A stretch of DNA of 64,000 nt from positions 3,151,806 through 3,215,805 of the forward strand of contig OZ251486.1 of the NCBI GenBank assembly GCA_965242705.1, read 5' to 3'. The number at the start of each line of letters is the position of its first letter. Within the stretch, counting starts at the first letter, position 1. Shown here in pieces: positions 46,392 to 54,275 of this stretch. Source of the stretch: Bryobacterales bacterium (GTDB lineage: Bacteria > Acidobacteriota > Terriglobia > Bryobacterales > UBA6623). Below the pieces are notes generated by a model. That model was not told the origin of the DNA, ran no database searches, and was given only the letters and a program-made list of their open reading frames with translations. Both the position numbers and the translations under genes were made by a program.

Positions 46392-46441
46392 CGCTTGGCC
46401 GCGCTCGGCAACGTGCCATGATTTACTTGAGGATAGAGACG

Positions 46442-46930
46442 ATGAAACCGACTGTGAAAATTCTGTTTGTTCTGTTGGCCGCGCTGTTAGCGCAAACGGC
46501 TTCGGCGCAAGATAACGTTTGCCCGCCTGGTGGGATCATCTACCAGCACGGCAACCTTATCGGGCGCGATCTGGACGGCGACATCTCCGAGCAGGAGGTG
46601 CAGGCCTTCCAAGAGCGGGGCTTGAGGTTCCGCGTCCATCCCGCGCACTTGGCGGGGCCGCATGGAGAGACCGGGCGCTATCGCACGGTGACGCTCAAGG
46701 CGGTCTTCGGAACCGCCAACAACGGGGGACCCTCGCGGGTGCTCGAGTTCTCGATTCCCGACGAAACGAACCGCACAGCGTTCGTCGGCACCAGCCCGTG
46801 GAGTTTTGAGCTTCGGAATCTTGGAGACGGCTATTTTCACCTGTACCCCGATAACGCGCCTCTCTACGCGCCTCGCATGATCTACACGGGTGATGTCTGC
46901 TTCTACCAAGCTGAGCAGCCGCAGCGTTGA
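46442..46930 (+). CDS. Hypothetical secreted protein
   Basis: ATG at 46442 after GAGGATAGAGACG. Signal peptide MKPTVKILFVLLAALLAQTASAQ. AT-richer than the flanks. No family recognised. Confidence 0.55.
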   Translation: MKPTVKILFVLLAALLAQTASAQDNVCPPGGIIYQHGNLIGRDLDGDISEQEVQAFQERGLRFRVHPAHLAGPHGETGRYRTVTLKAVFGTANNGGPSRVLEFSIPDETNRTAFVGTSPWSFELRNLGDGYFHLYPDNAPLYAPRMIYTGDVCFYQAEQPQR

Positions 46931-46952
46931 GGCGGACAAGCTGAACAGGCAG

Positions 46953-46983
46953 GGGGTGGCGGCATGACCTACGCGCTGATCCA
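46953..46983 (+). repeat. Junction repeat J1, copy 2
   Basis: GGGGTGGCGGCATGACCTACGCGCTGATCCA. Confidence 0.9.
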
Positions 46984-47279
46984 GAGCGAGCCCTACGAGC
47001 TTTTGGGGCCGCGTCGGCGTTTTCGCGCTGATCGCCATCATTGCCGCCGTCCAAGAGGCCAACAAGGAGCATCGGATAGGCCTGCATACGGTCATCTACC
47101 GCGTCCACGGGGAGGGCTGGCGCGCCGGCGAAACCTGCGTTGGCCAGGCGGCGGCGATGGACAGCGCCGCCGCCGTGCAAGACAAACACGGAGGCCGCCG
47201 CAAGTGCGACGTGGAGATTTTCGCCGGCGACGCCCGCGCTGCTGAGGCTGAGGCGCGGCGGCTGAACGGAGGGGGATAG
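46964..47279 (+). pseudogene. MTYALIQ family copy 2, requires a +1 frame change near 47000
   Basis: Frame 0 gives MTYALIQSEPYEL, then arginine-rich nonsense. The +1 frame from the CTTTTGGGG run reads FWGRVGVFALIAIIAAVQEANKEHRIGLHTVIYRVHGEGWRAGETCVGQAAAMD...RRLNGGG, stopping at 47277-47279. That frame has no start codon of its own. Confidence 0.4.
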
Positions 47280-47281
47280 GC

Positions 47282-47794
47282 ATGAAGGGCGCGATCAAGT
47301 GGGTCTGTTGGCTGACGGCGCTGGCGCTGGGGACGGCGGCGGCGCTGGGGCACTCGAAGTGTATGTACACGGAGAACATCGATGAATTCGACGGCGAATC
47401 CACGAATATGTTTTTGTGCATCACGGAAGACCGAGCGGCGCATTTCTATATGATGTGCCATGAAACCGGGTATTTGATGGGGGTTGACCTTGTTGAAAGA
47501 TATATGGAAACAGAGGGAGAGCGCATTAAGCTGGAGTATTCCATTGATCGCGGAAGGATTGTCGGAGACATCGAAACTGTCGTGCTTGAAATGAGCGACG
47601 GCGGGCAGCTGCAAGTTGTTGCTAGCAAGGAATCACAGGAAGCAGTCGAGAGATTGAGCGGATATTTTCCCGAGGCCAAGCAACTGGCGATTCGCTCGAA
47701 GCTGAAGCATCACGGAACGAGCACGGCGGTATTCCGGTTTGACTCTTCTTCCCGTTCCGCCCATGCCGATTTCGTGAATGCTTGCGGGCGGTGA
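47282..47794 (+). CDS. Hypothetical secreted Cys-containing protein
   Basis: GGAGGGGGA lies upstream of the ATG. Signal peptide MKGAIKWVCWLTALALGTAAALG. This is the most AT-rich coding stretch in this part of the window. No family recognised. Confidence 0.55.
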   Translation: MKGAIKWVCWLTALALGTAAALGHSKCMYTENIDEFDGESTNMFLCITEDRAAHFYMMCHETGYLMGVDLVERYMETEGERIKLEYSIDRGRIVGDIETVVLEMSDGGQLQVVASKESQEAVERLSGYFPEAKQLAIRSKLKHHGTSTAVFRFDSSSRSAHADFVNACGR

Positions 47795-47834
47795 CGGAAT
47801 CAAAGGGCGGTCAAAAGGTGGTCAACGGTCGAGC

Positions 47835-47885
47835 GGGGCGGGGGGCGGGCGCGTTTCATGCAGCCGGAATTCGTGTAACTTGGGG
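47835..47885 (+). repeat. Junction repeat J2, copy 2 (runs into the G18 tract)
   Basis: GGGGCGGGGGGCGGGCGCGTTTCATGCAGCCGGAATTCGTGTAACTTGGGG. Confidence 0.9.
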
Positions 47886-47899
47886 GGGGGGGGGGGGGG
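47882..47899 (+). repeat. Homopolymeric G18 tract
   Basis: Read directly: 18 consecutive G, ending 2 nt before the ATG at 47902. Confidence 0.95.
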
Positions 47900-47901
47900 C
47901 G

Positions 47902-48495
47902 ATGCGCGTACAGATATTTTCCGACATCCACGGCGACCTGAAAGCGTTGGAGCGGGCGGTTGCGGTCGAGGCCGACATCTACATCGCCGCGGGCGACTTG
48001 GTGACTTGGCCGGCGCCGCTCGACGACTGCGGGAAAATCCTGACGCCGCTCGGCGAGAAGCTGTGGGCCATGCCGGGCAACAATGAGACCGACGAACAGA
48101 TCGCGGAGTTCTGCGCGGAATACGGCTTGCGCAACTTTCACGATACGGTCATCGAGGTCGCCGGCACGCATTTCGCCGGGCTCGGCTACTCCAATCCGAC
48201 GCCGTTCGACACGCCGGGAGAGTACAGCGAGCAGGAGCTTGAGCGGCGGCTGGCGCGGTTCGCGGCGCTGCAGCCGCTCGTGCTGGTCTGCCACGCGCCG
48301 CCGCTCGACAGCCCGCTGGACGAGTCGGCGGGCGGCAATCACTTCGGCAGCAGCGCCGTGCGCGCGTTCCTCGACGCCCACGCCCCGACATATTTTTTCT
48401 GCGGGCACATCCACGAGTCCGCCGGCCGAGTCGCGCGCATGGGCCCAACGTTGGCGGCGAACGTCGGCAAGAAGGGCTATCTGCTCGAGCTGTAA
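47902..48495 (+). CDS. Calcineurin-like metallophosphoesterase
   Basis: MRVQIFSDIHGD.., ..AAGDLV.., ..MPGNNE.., ..VCHAPP.., ..CGHIHE.., i.e. the canonical metallophosphoesterase motif series. Confidence 0.82.
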   Translation: MRVQIFSDIHGDLKALERAVAVEADIYIAAGDLVTWPAPLDDCGKILTPLGEKLWAMPGNNETDEQIAEFCAEYGLRNFHDTVIEVAGTHFAGLGYSNPTPFDTPGEYSEQELERRLARFAALQPLVLVCHAPPLDSPLDESAGGNHFGSSAVRAFLDAHAPTYFFCGHIHESAGRVARMGPTLAANVGKKGYLLEL

Positions 48496-48656
48496 GCCGG
48501 CGTCCGCGCGCGGCGCCGCGCGGCCCAAGTCGATTAGAATGAATGTTCGGCCTCGAGAAGGCCGCATCGAAGCATCCGATGGACTCCCCGCCTCAAGGCA
48601 TCAGTACGGTTGCGCCCTCCGCCGCGGTCGAGCACGGAGCGCGCCCGGGTCTGCGG

Positions 48657-49415
48657 ATGAGCGTTTTCACGCTGTGGCAGCGGGAAATCCAGGGGTTTTA
48701 CAGGCAGCGCAGCCGGGTGATCGGCAGCTTGACGACGCCGCTGCTCTTCTGGTTCGTGCTGGGTTCCGGGTTCGGGTCGTCTCTGCAAACGCCGCACCAG
48801 AGCTATGCGCAGTTTTTTTTCCCCGGCGCGGTCGCGCTGGCTGTGCTCTTCACGTCGATTTTCGCCAACATCTCGGTCATCGAAGACCGTCGGGAAGGGT
48901 TTTTGCTTTCCGTTCTGGCCGCGCCGGCGCCGCGCCTGGGGCTGGTGCTGGGCAAGGTTCTGGGGGCGACGACCATCGGCGCCTTGCAGGGATTGCTGTT
49001 GCTGCTGCCGGCGCCGCTGGCCGGGGTTACGCTCTCGCCGGGCGCTTTTCCGGCCGTGTTTGCGATGGTTTTGGCGACGGCCTTCGGGCTGACCGCGATC
49101 GGGTTTTATTTCGCTTGGCGGCTCGATTCGGTGCAGGGTTTCCACTCGATCATGAACGTCGTGCTGATGCCGATGTGGCTGCTGTCGGGCGGGGTATTTC
49201 CAGTTGACGGCTCATCCGGATGGATTCGCTGGGTGACGGCCATCAATCCGCTGACCTACGGGGTAACCGGATTGCGGCGCCTGTTGGGGGCCGGCGTTTC
49301 CGAGACCGCTCCGCCGCAGGCCGTCTGTTGGGCGGTGGTTGCGGGCTTCGGCGTTGCCGCCTTGGCGCTTGCCTGGCGTCAGGCGTCGCGTCCCGGCGTT
49401 GGAAATCCGAATTGA
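48657..49415 (+). CDS. ABC-2 type transporter permease
   Basis: ATG at 48657 (MSVFTLWQREIQGFYRQRSRVIGSL..). Six-TM ABC-2 layout. No cognate ATPase gene is adjacent. Confidence 0.78.
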   Translation: MSVFTLWQREIQGFYRQRSRVIGSLTTPLLFWFVLGSGFGSSLQTPHQSYAQFFFPGAVALAVLFTSIFANISVIEDRREGFLLSVLAAPAPRLGLVLGKVLGATTIGALQGLLLLLPAPLAGVTLSPGAFPAVFAMVLATAFGLTAIGFYFAWRLDSVQGFHSIMNVVLMPMWLLSGGVFPVDGSSGWIRWVTAINPLTYGVTGLRRLLGAGVSETAPPQAVCWAVVAGFGVAALALAWRQASRPGVGNPN

Positions 49416-49846
49416 CAAGCCGCCCTGCTCTCGTGGAAGTCACCGATCTGCCCGACGTGAACGCAAGCCTGAACGCGCTTGCAGCCGTGCTGCTCGGCGC
49501 CGGCTACGCTTTTATTCGCGCGGGGGACGCGCGCCGCCACCGCGCATGCATGACCGCGGCGTTCTGCGCGTCGGCGGTTTTCCTGGCCTGCTACCTCGTG
49601 TACCACTATCGGGTCGGCTCGGTTGCGTTCGAAGGGCAGGGGTGGATTCGTCCGGTCTATTTCACGATTCTGATCACGCATATCGTCCTGGCCGCGGCGG
49701 TCGTGCCGTTGGCGCTGCTGACCCTGTACCGCGCCTGGAAAGGGCAGTTCCGCCGCCACCGCCGCATCGCCCGCTGGACCTGGCCCATGTGGATGTACGT
49801 TTCGGTGACCGGCGTCGTTGTTTATCTCATGCTCTACCGCTTGTAG
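49412..49846 (+). CDS. DUF420 membrane protein
   Basis: ..LPDVNASLNALAAVLLGAGYAFIRAGDARRHRACM..FLACYLVYHY.. is the characteristic DUF420 pattern. The start is TTG 49412 (overlapping the previous stop) or GTG 49433. Confidence 0.72.
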   Translation: MTSRPALVEVTDLPDVNASLNALAAVLLGAGYAFIRAGDARRHRACMTAAFCASAVFLACYLVYHYRVGSVAFEGQGWIRPVYFTILITHIVLAAAVVPLALLTLYRAWKGQFRRHRRIARWTWPMWMYVSVTGVVVYLMLYRL

Positions 49847-49885
49847 GTACGTCTTCTGTCCACTCTGCGCAATCTGGTTCCCTAC

Positions 49886-51601
49886 ATGGTGCGTTACCGC
49901 TGGCGGTACGCGGCGGGTTTTTTCATGCTGTGCTGGCGCAGCGGCATGGCGGCGGCGCTGCCCTACATCATCGGGCGGGCCGTGGATTACCTCTCGGCGG
50001 ATTTCACGGTCGAGGGGCTGGCTTGGTACGCCGCGGCGATGATGGCCGCCGCCGCGCTCAAGTCGGTCGGCCAATACTACATGCGCTGGATGCTGATCAC
50101 GCTCTCGCGCGATATCGAATACGATCTGCGCAACGACCTGACAGCCCATCTGGTGACGCTCCCCAAGCGCTTCTACGACAGCTACCGCACCGGAGACCTG
50201 ATGGCCCGCGCGACGAACGACTTGGCGCAGGTTCGCTCGCTGCTCGGACCGGGAATCATGTACACGTCGGAGATCGCCGTCACCTTCGTTGCCGTGCTGA
50301 TCGTCATGGCGGCGACGGACTGGGCGTTGACGATGCTGATCTTCGCGCCCATGCCGCTGGTGTCGCTCTCGGCCGGTTACTTCGGCCGGCGGACCCACGC
50401 GCAGTTCCGGAAAATCCAGGAGCAATTCTCGGCGGTCAGCGCCCGCGTACAGGAACACTTGGCCAACATCCGCATGCTGCGGGCTTACGGGCAGGAGCCG
50501 CAAGAGCAGGAACGGTTCGCCAAGCTGAACGACGATTATCTGAGCGCGAACCTCGGCCTGATCCGCATCTGGCGGGTGTTCTATCCGCTGCTTGAAGTGC
50601 TGGTCGGCCTCGCTTACATCGCTGTTCTGGGGTTCGGCGGCTGGCGGGTGCTGCGCGGCGACATCACGCCGGGCGCGTTCCTCATGTTTCTTTCCTTTCT
50701 GCCCGTGCTTACCTGGCCGATGGTCGGACTGGGCATCGTGGTCAACATCGTGCAGCGCGGGACGGCGTCGCTGAAGCGCCTGACCGAGCTGATGGAGCAG
50801 CGCCCGTCCATCGCCGACGGGGTCGAGACGGACTACGGGATCGAGACCGTCCGCGGCGACGTCGAGCTGCAGAACGTGACCGTGCAGTACCCGGGCGCAA
50901 TCGAGCCGGCGCTCAAGAACGTCAGCCTGTATGTGCCGTCGGGCAGCAGTCTGGCCATCGTCGGTTCGATCGGCAGCGGCAAAACAACGCTGGTGAGCCT
51001 GATCCCGCGCCTGCTCGACCCCACCAAGGGGCGGGTGCTCATCGACGGCCGCGACGCGCGCACGGCGCCGCTGGCCGTGCTGCGCGGCGCCGTGGGCATG
51101 GTTCCGCAAGAGACGTTCCTGTTCAGCCGGTCGGTTGACGACAACATTCGGCTCGGCGCCGCCGACGCCCCGCGGCGGCAGGTGGAGGAAGCCGTTGCCG
51201 GGGCAAGCTTCGAAACCGACGTTGCCGGTTTTACCGACGGGATCGATACGCTCGTCGGCGAGCGCGGAATCACGCTGTCGGGCGGCCAGAAGCAGAGAAC
51301 CGCGATGGCCCGGGCGCTCGTGCGGCAGCCGCGCATCGCCATCTTCGACGACGCGACGGCGAGCGTCGATACCGAAACGGAGCACCGCATCCTGACCGGA
51401 CTGAAATCGCGTCTGCGCAATTGCACGGTGCTGATGGTGTCGCACCGGGTTTCCGCCGCGCGGCACGCCGACCGCATCGTCGTCCTCGACGAGGGCCGCA
51501 TTGTCGAATCCGGCTCGCACGACGAGCTTGCGAACCTCGGCGGCCTGTACTCCCGGCTGCACAGCCGACAACAGATCGAAGAGGAGCTTGCAAGAGATTG
51601 A
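49886..51601 (+). CDS. ABC exporter, fused permease/ATPase (MdlA/MsbA-like)
   Basis: Six-TM domain followed by an NBD (GSIGSGKTTL, LSGGQKQR, IFDDATS). In-frame upstream codons (LLSTLRNLVPY) suggest the real start could be earlier, but no canonical start codon is available there. Confidence 0.88.
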   Translation: MVRYRWRYAAGFFMLCWRSGMAAALPYIIGRAVDYLSADFTVEGLAWYAAAMMAAAALKSVGQYYMRWMLITLSRDIEYDLRNDLTAHLVTLPKRFYDSYRTGDLMARATNDLAQVRSLLGPGIMYTSEIAVTFVAVLIVMAATDWALTMLIFAPMPLVSLSAGYFGRRTHAQFRKIQEQFSAVSARVQEHLANIRMLRAYGQEPQEQERFAKLNDDYLSANLGLIRIWRVFYPLLEVLVGLAYIAVLGFGGWRVLRGDITPGAFLMFLSFLPVLTWPMVGLGIVVNIVQRGTASLKRLTELMEQRPSIADGVETDYGIETVRGDVELQNVTVQYPGAIEPALKNVSLYVPSGSSLAIVGSIGSGKTTLVSLIPRLLDPTKGRVLIDGRDARTAPLAVLRGAVGMVPQETFLFSRSVDDNIRLGAADAPRRQVEEAVAGASFETDVAGFTDGIDTLVGERGITLSGGQKQRTAMARALVRQPRIAIFDDATASVDTETEHRILTGLKSRLRNCTVLMVSHRVSAARHADRIVVLDEGRIVESGSHDELANLGGLYSRLHSRQQIEEELARD

Positions 51602-53490
51602 GCCCTCCGCGAACAATCGGCGGCGAAACTGCGCGCTCGGAAGCGCCGCTGGGCCGGGTTTACGACGCGAAACTGATGGGCCGGCTGGTGACGTACCTGC
51701 GCCCGTACCGGACTTTCGCGGTACTCTCGCTTGTGCTGCTGGTGCTGCATTCCCTGCTCGGCGTGACGGGGCCGTATCTGACCAAGGTCGCCGTGGACCG
51801 TTACCTGAAACCCGCGCCTGAAGAGTATTCCCCATTTGCTCCGCTGCTGCCGCAAGAGCCGGCCGCCGGCCTCATCGCCGTTTCCGCGCTGTACCTCGCC
51901 GTGATGCTCGCCGGGTTCGCGGCGCGCTACTTCCACATCCAGGTCATGAACCTGACCGGCCAGCGGGTGATGCGCGACTTGCGGCGCGAGATATTCGCCA
52001 AGCTGCAGAGCCTCGGCGTTCCCTATTTCGACCGCCGGCCGATCGGCCGCATCGTCACGCGGATCACCACCGACGTGGACGTGCTGAACGAACTTTTCAC
52101 TTCCGGCGTGGTGGCCATAGCCGGCGACGTCCTGACGCTGGCCTTCGCTTTCGGTGTGATGCTGTATCTCAGTCCGCAGTTGACCCTGGTTTTCCTGTCG
52201 ATCGCGCCGTTGACGGCGCTGACGAGCTTTCTTTTCCGTAAACATGCCCGCGCCGGCTTCCGCGCCATGCGCGCCGCGGTAGCCAAGATCAACGCCTTCC
52301 TGCAGGAAATGTTTACCGGCATCTCGGAGATTCAGCTTTTCAACCATGAGCAGGCGGCGCTCGACGAGTTCGCCGCCATCAACGAAGAACACCGCCGGGC
52401 CAACTACAAGGCCATCCGCGCGCACGCGCTTTTCTATCCGACGATCGAGACAATCGGCGTTGCCGGACTGGCGATGCTGATTTTCTTCGGCGGAAGAGGC
52501 GTGGTCGAGGGCAGCCTGACGCTCGGCGTGGTGGTGGCTTTCATGCAGTATGGGACGCGGGTGTTCCGCCCGATCCAGGATCTGGCGGAGAAATACAACA
52601 TCCTGCAGGCGGCGATGGCCGGCGCAGAGCGCATTTTTCAATTGCTCGATACGCCGCCCGCTGCTGCCGAGACCGCGCAGGGCGAGCCGGTCGCCGCCGG
52701 CGATCTGAAGGTGGAATTCCGCAACGTGTGGTTTGCTTACAACGACGAGGATTGGGTGCTTGAAGACGTCAGCTTCACCGTGGAGCCGAACCGTATGCTG
52801 GCCGTCGTCGGCCACACCGGCGCCGGCAAGACGACGCTGGTGAGTCTGTTGCTGCGTTTCTACGAAATCCAGCGGGGGGCGATCCTGGTCGGCGGCCGGG
52901 ACATCCGCGATTGGCCCGTGCGGCAACTGCGCAAGCAGTTCGGCATCGTCCTGCAAGACGCCTATTTATTCGCCGGTTCGATCGCCGACAACATCGGCAT
53001 GAACTCGTCCGAGGTCGATGCCGCCGCCGTCCGCCGCGCGGCGGCGAACGCCCACCTGGAAAAATACATCCGTTCTCTGCCCGCCGCCTACGACGAGCCG
53101 ATGCTGGAGCGCGGCGCCTCGCTTTCGGCGGGCCGCAAGCAACTCGTCGGCCTTGCCCGCGCGTTGGCTCACGACAGGCCGTTTCTGATTCTGGACGAAG
53201 CCACGTCGAGCGTCGATTCGGAGACGGAGCACGAAATTCGCAAGACGATGGAGACGCTGCTGGCCGGCGGAACGTCGCTGGTGATCGCTCATCGGCTTTC
53301 GACGATCCAGCGCGCCGACCGGATCATGGTCATGCACAAGGGGCGCGTGGCGGAAATCGGCGCGCACCGCGAGTTGCTCGGCAAGGGCGGCATTTATTCG
53401 CGTCTCTACAAATTGCAGTACCTGAGCGAATCGGCCGGCGGCGGCTCTGCGGCGATAATGAATCAAAGGGAGGCGGTCCCGGGGAAATGA
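51598..53490 (+). CDS. ABC exporter, fused permease/ATPase (MdlB-like partner)
   Basis: I place the start at TTG 51598, overlapping the previous stop (TTGA). The N-terminus reads ..VYDAKLMGRLVTYLRPYR. NBD motifs: GHTGAGKTTL, LSAGRKQL, ILDEATS. Confidence 0.88.
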   Translation: MSPPRTIGGETARSEAPLGRVYDAKLMGRLVTYLRPYRTFAVLSLVLLVLHSLLGVTGPYLTKVAVDRYLKPAPEEYSPFAPLLPQEPAAGLIAVSALYLAVMLAGFAARYFHIQVMNLTGQRVMRDLRREIFAKLQSLGVPYFDRRPIGRIVTRITTDVDVLNELFTSGVVAIAGDVLTLAFAFGVMLYLSPQLTLVFLSIAPLTALTSFLFRKHARAGFRAMRAAVAKINAFLQEMFTGISEIQLFNHEQAALDEFAAINEEHRRANYKAIRAHALFYPTIETIGVAGLAMLIFFGGRGVVEGSLTLGVVVAFMQYGTRVFRPIQDLAEKYNILQAAMAGAERIFQLLDTPPAAAETAQGEPVAAGDLKVEFRNVWFAYNDEDWVLEDVSFTVEPNRMLAVVGHTGAGKTTLVSLLLRFYEIQRGAILVGGRDIRDWPVRQLRKQFGIVLQDAYLFAGSIADNIGMNSSEVDAAAVRRAAANAHLEKYIRSLPAAYDEPMLERGASLSAGRKQLVGLARALAHDRPFLILDEATSSVDSETEHEIRKTMETLLAGGTSLVIAHRLSTIQRADRIMVMHKGRVAEIGAHRELLGKGGIYSRLYKLQYLSESAGGGSAAIMNQREAVPGK

Positions 53491-54176
53491 ACGCGGCGCT
53501 GATCATTCCCGCGCTCAACGAAGAAGGCGCGATCGGGCAGGTTCTGGACGAAGTCCCGGACGGGCTGTTCGCCGCCGTGATCGTCGCCGACAACGGTTCG
53601 AGCGACCGCACGGCGGCGGTGGCCCGCTCGCGCGGGGCGCGGGTCGTCAGGGAACCGGCGCGGGGATACGGAAACGCCTGCCTGCGGGCGCTCGGCGAAC
53701 TGCCGGAAGACATCGAAGTCGTCGTGTTCATGGATGCGGACGGCAGCGACTCCCCCGCGGATGCCGAGCGGCTGCTGGGGCCGATACGCGGCGGCTTCGC
53801 CGATCTGGTGTTGGGTTCGCGCGTGATGGGCCGCGGCGAGCCGGGAGCCTTGCCCCTCCACCAGCGCTTGGGCAACTTGCTGACGGTCTGGCTCGTACGC
53901 ATGATTTGCGGCCACCGCTATAGCGATATCGGGCCGTTCCGCGCCATTCGGGTCGATCGGCTGCGCGAGTTGGAAATGCGCGACCGCAACTACGGCTGGA
54001 CGATTGAAATGCAGATCAAGGCCTTGCGCCGCGGCCTCAGGACGGTCGAGGCGCCCGTGGCCTGCCGCCGGCGGCAGGCGGGCGAAAGCAAAATCAGCGG
54101 CACGTTTTGGGGCAGCCTGGCCGCCGGAGCGAAGATACTCTGGTCCGTTGCGCGGTTTGCGGTACCGGGCCGGTAG
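53487..54176 (+). CDS. Family 2 glycosyltransferase
   Basis: MNAALIIPALNEEGAIG..VIVADNGSSDRT..VFMDADGSD. The start overlaps the previous stop (ATGA). Confidence 0.85.
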   Translation: MNAALIIPALNEEGAIGQVLDEVPDGLFAAVIVADNGSSDRTAAVARSRGARVVREPARGYGNACLRALGELPEDIEVVVFMDADGSDSPADAERLLGPIRGGFADLVLGSRVMGRGEPGALPLHQRLGNLLTVWLVRMICGHRYSDIGPFRAIRVDRLRELEMRDRNYGWTIEMQIKALRRGLRTVEAPVACRRRQAGESKISGTFWGSLAAGAKILWSVARFAVPGR

Positions 54177-54275
54177 GAGGCATGAAGCAGCAGCGGCCCG
54201 GCTCAGTGACAGGGTTCAACGATAAGGCGCGCGACGTGCGCCGCGGGTTAAGCTGTTACGGTGTTGTTCCCCGCC

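Noticed and set aside
46385-46441. Integron attC-like sites or a gene-cassette array interpretation of the small-ORF islet.
   Set aside because: There is no integrase and no R''/L''-L'/R' (RYYYAAC...GTTRRRY) symmetry in the junctions. J1 and J2 are direct repeats that overlap coding ends.
49379-52956. Minus-strand ORFs 49379..51835 and 50833..52956.
   Set aside because: They are antisense to the two ABC exporter genes, whose Walker and signature motifs are unambiguous on the plus strand.
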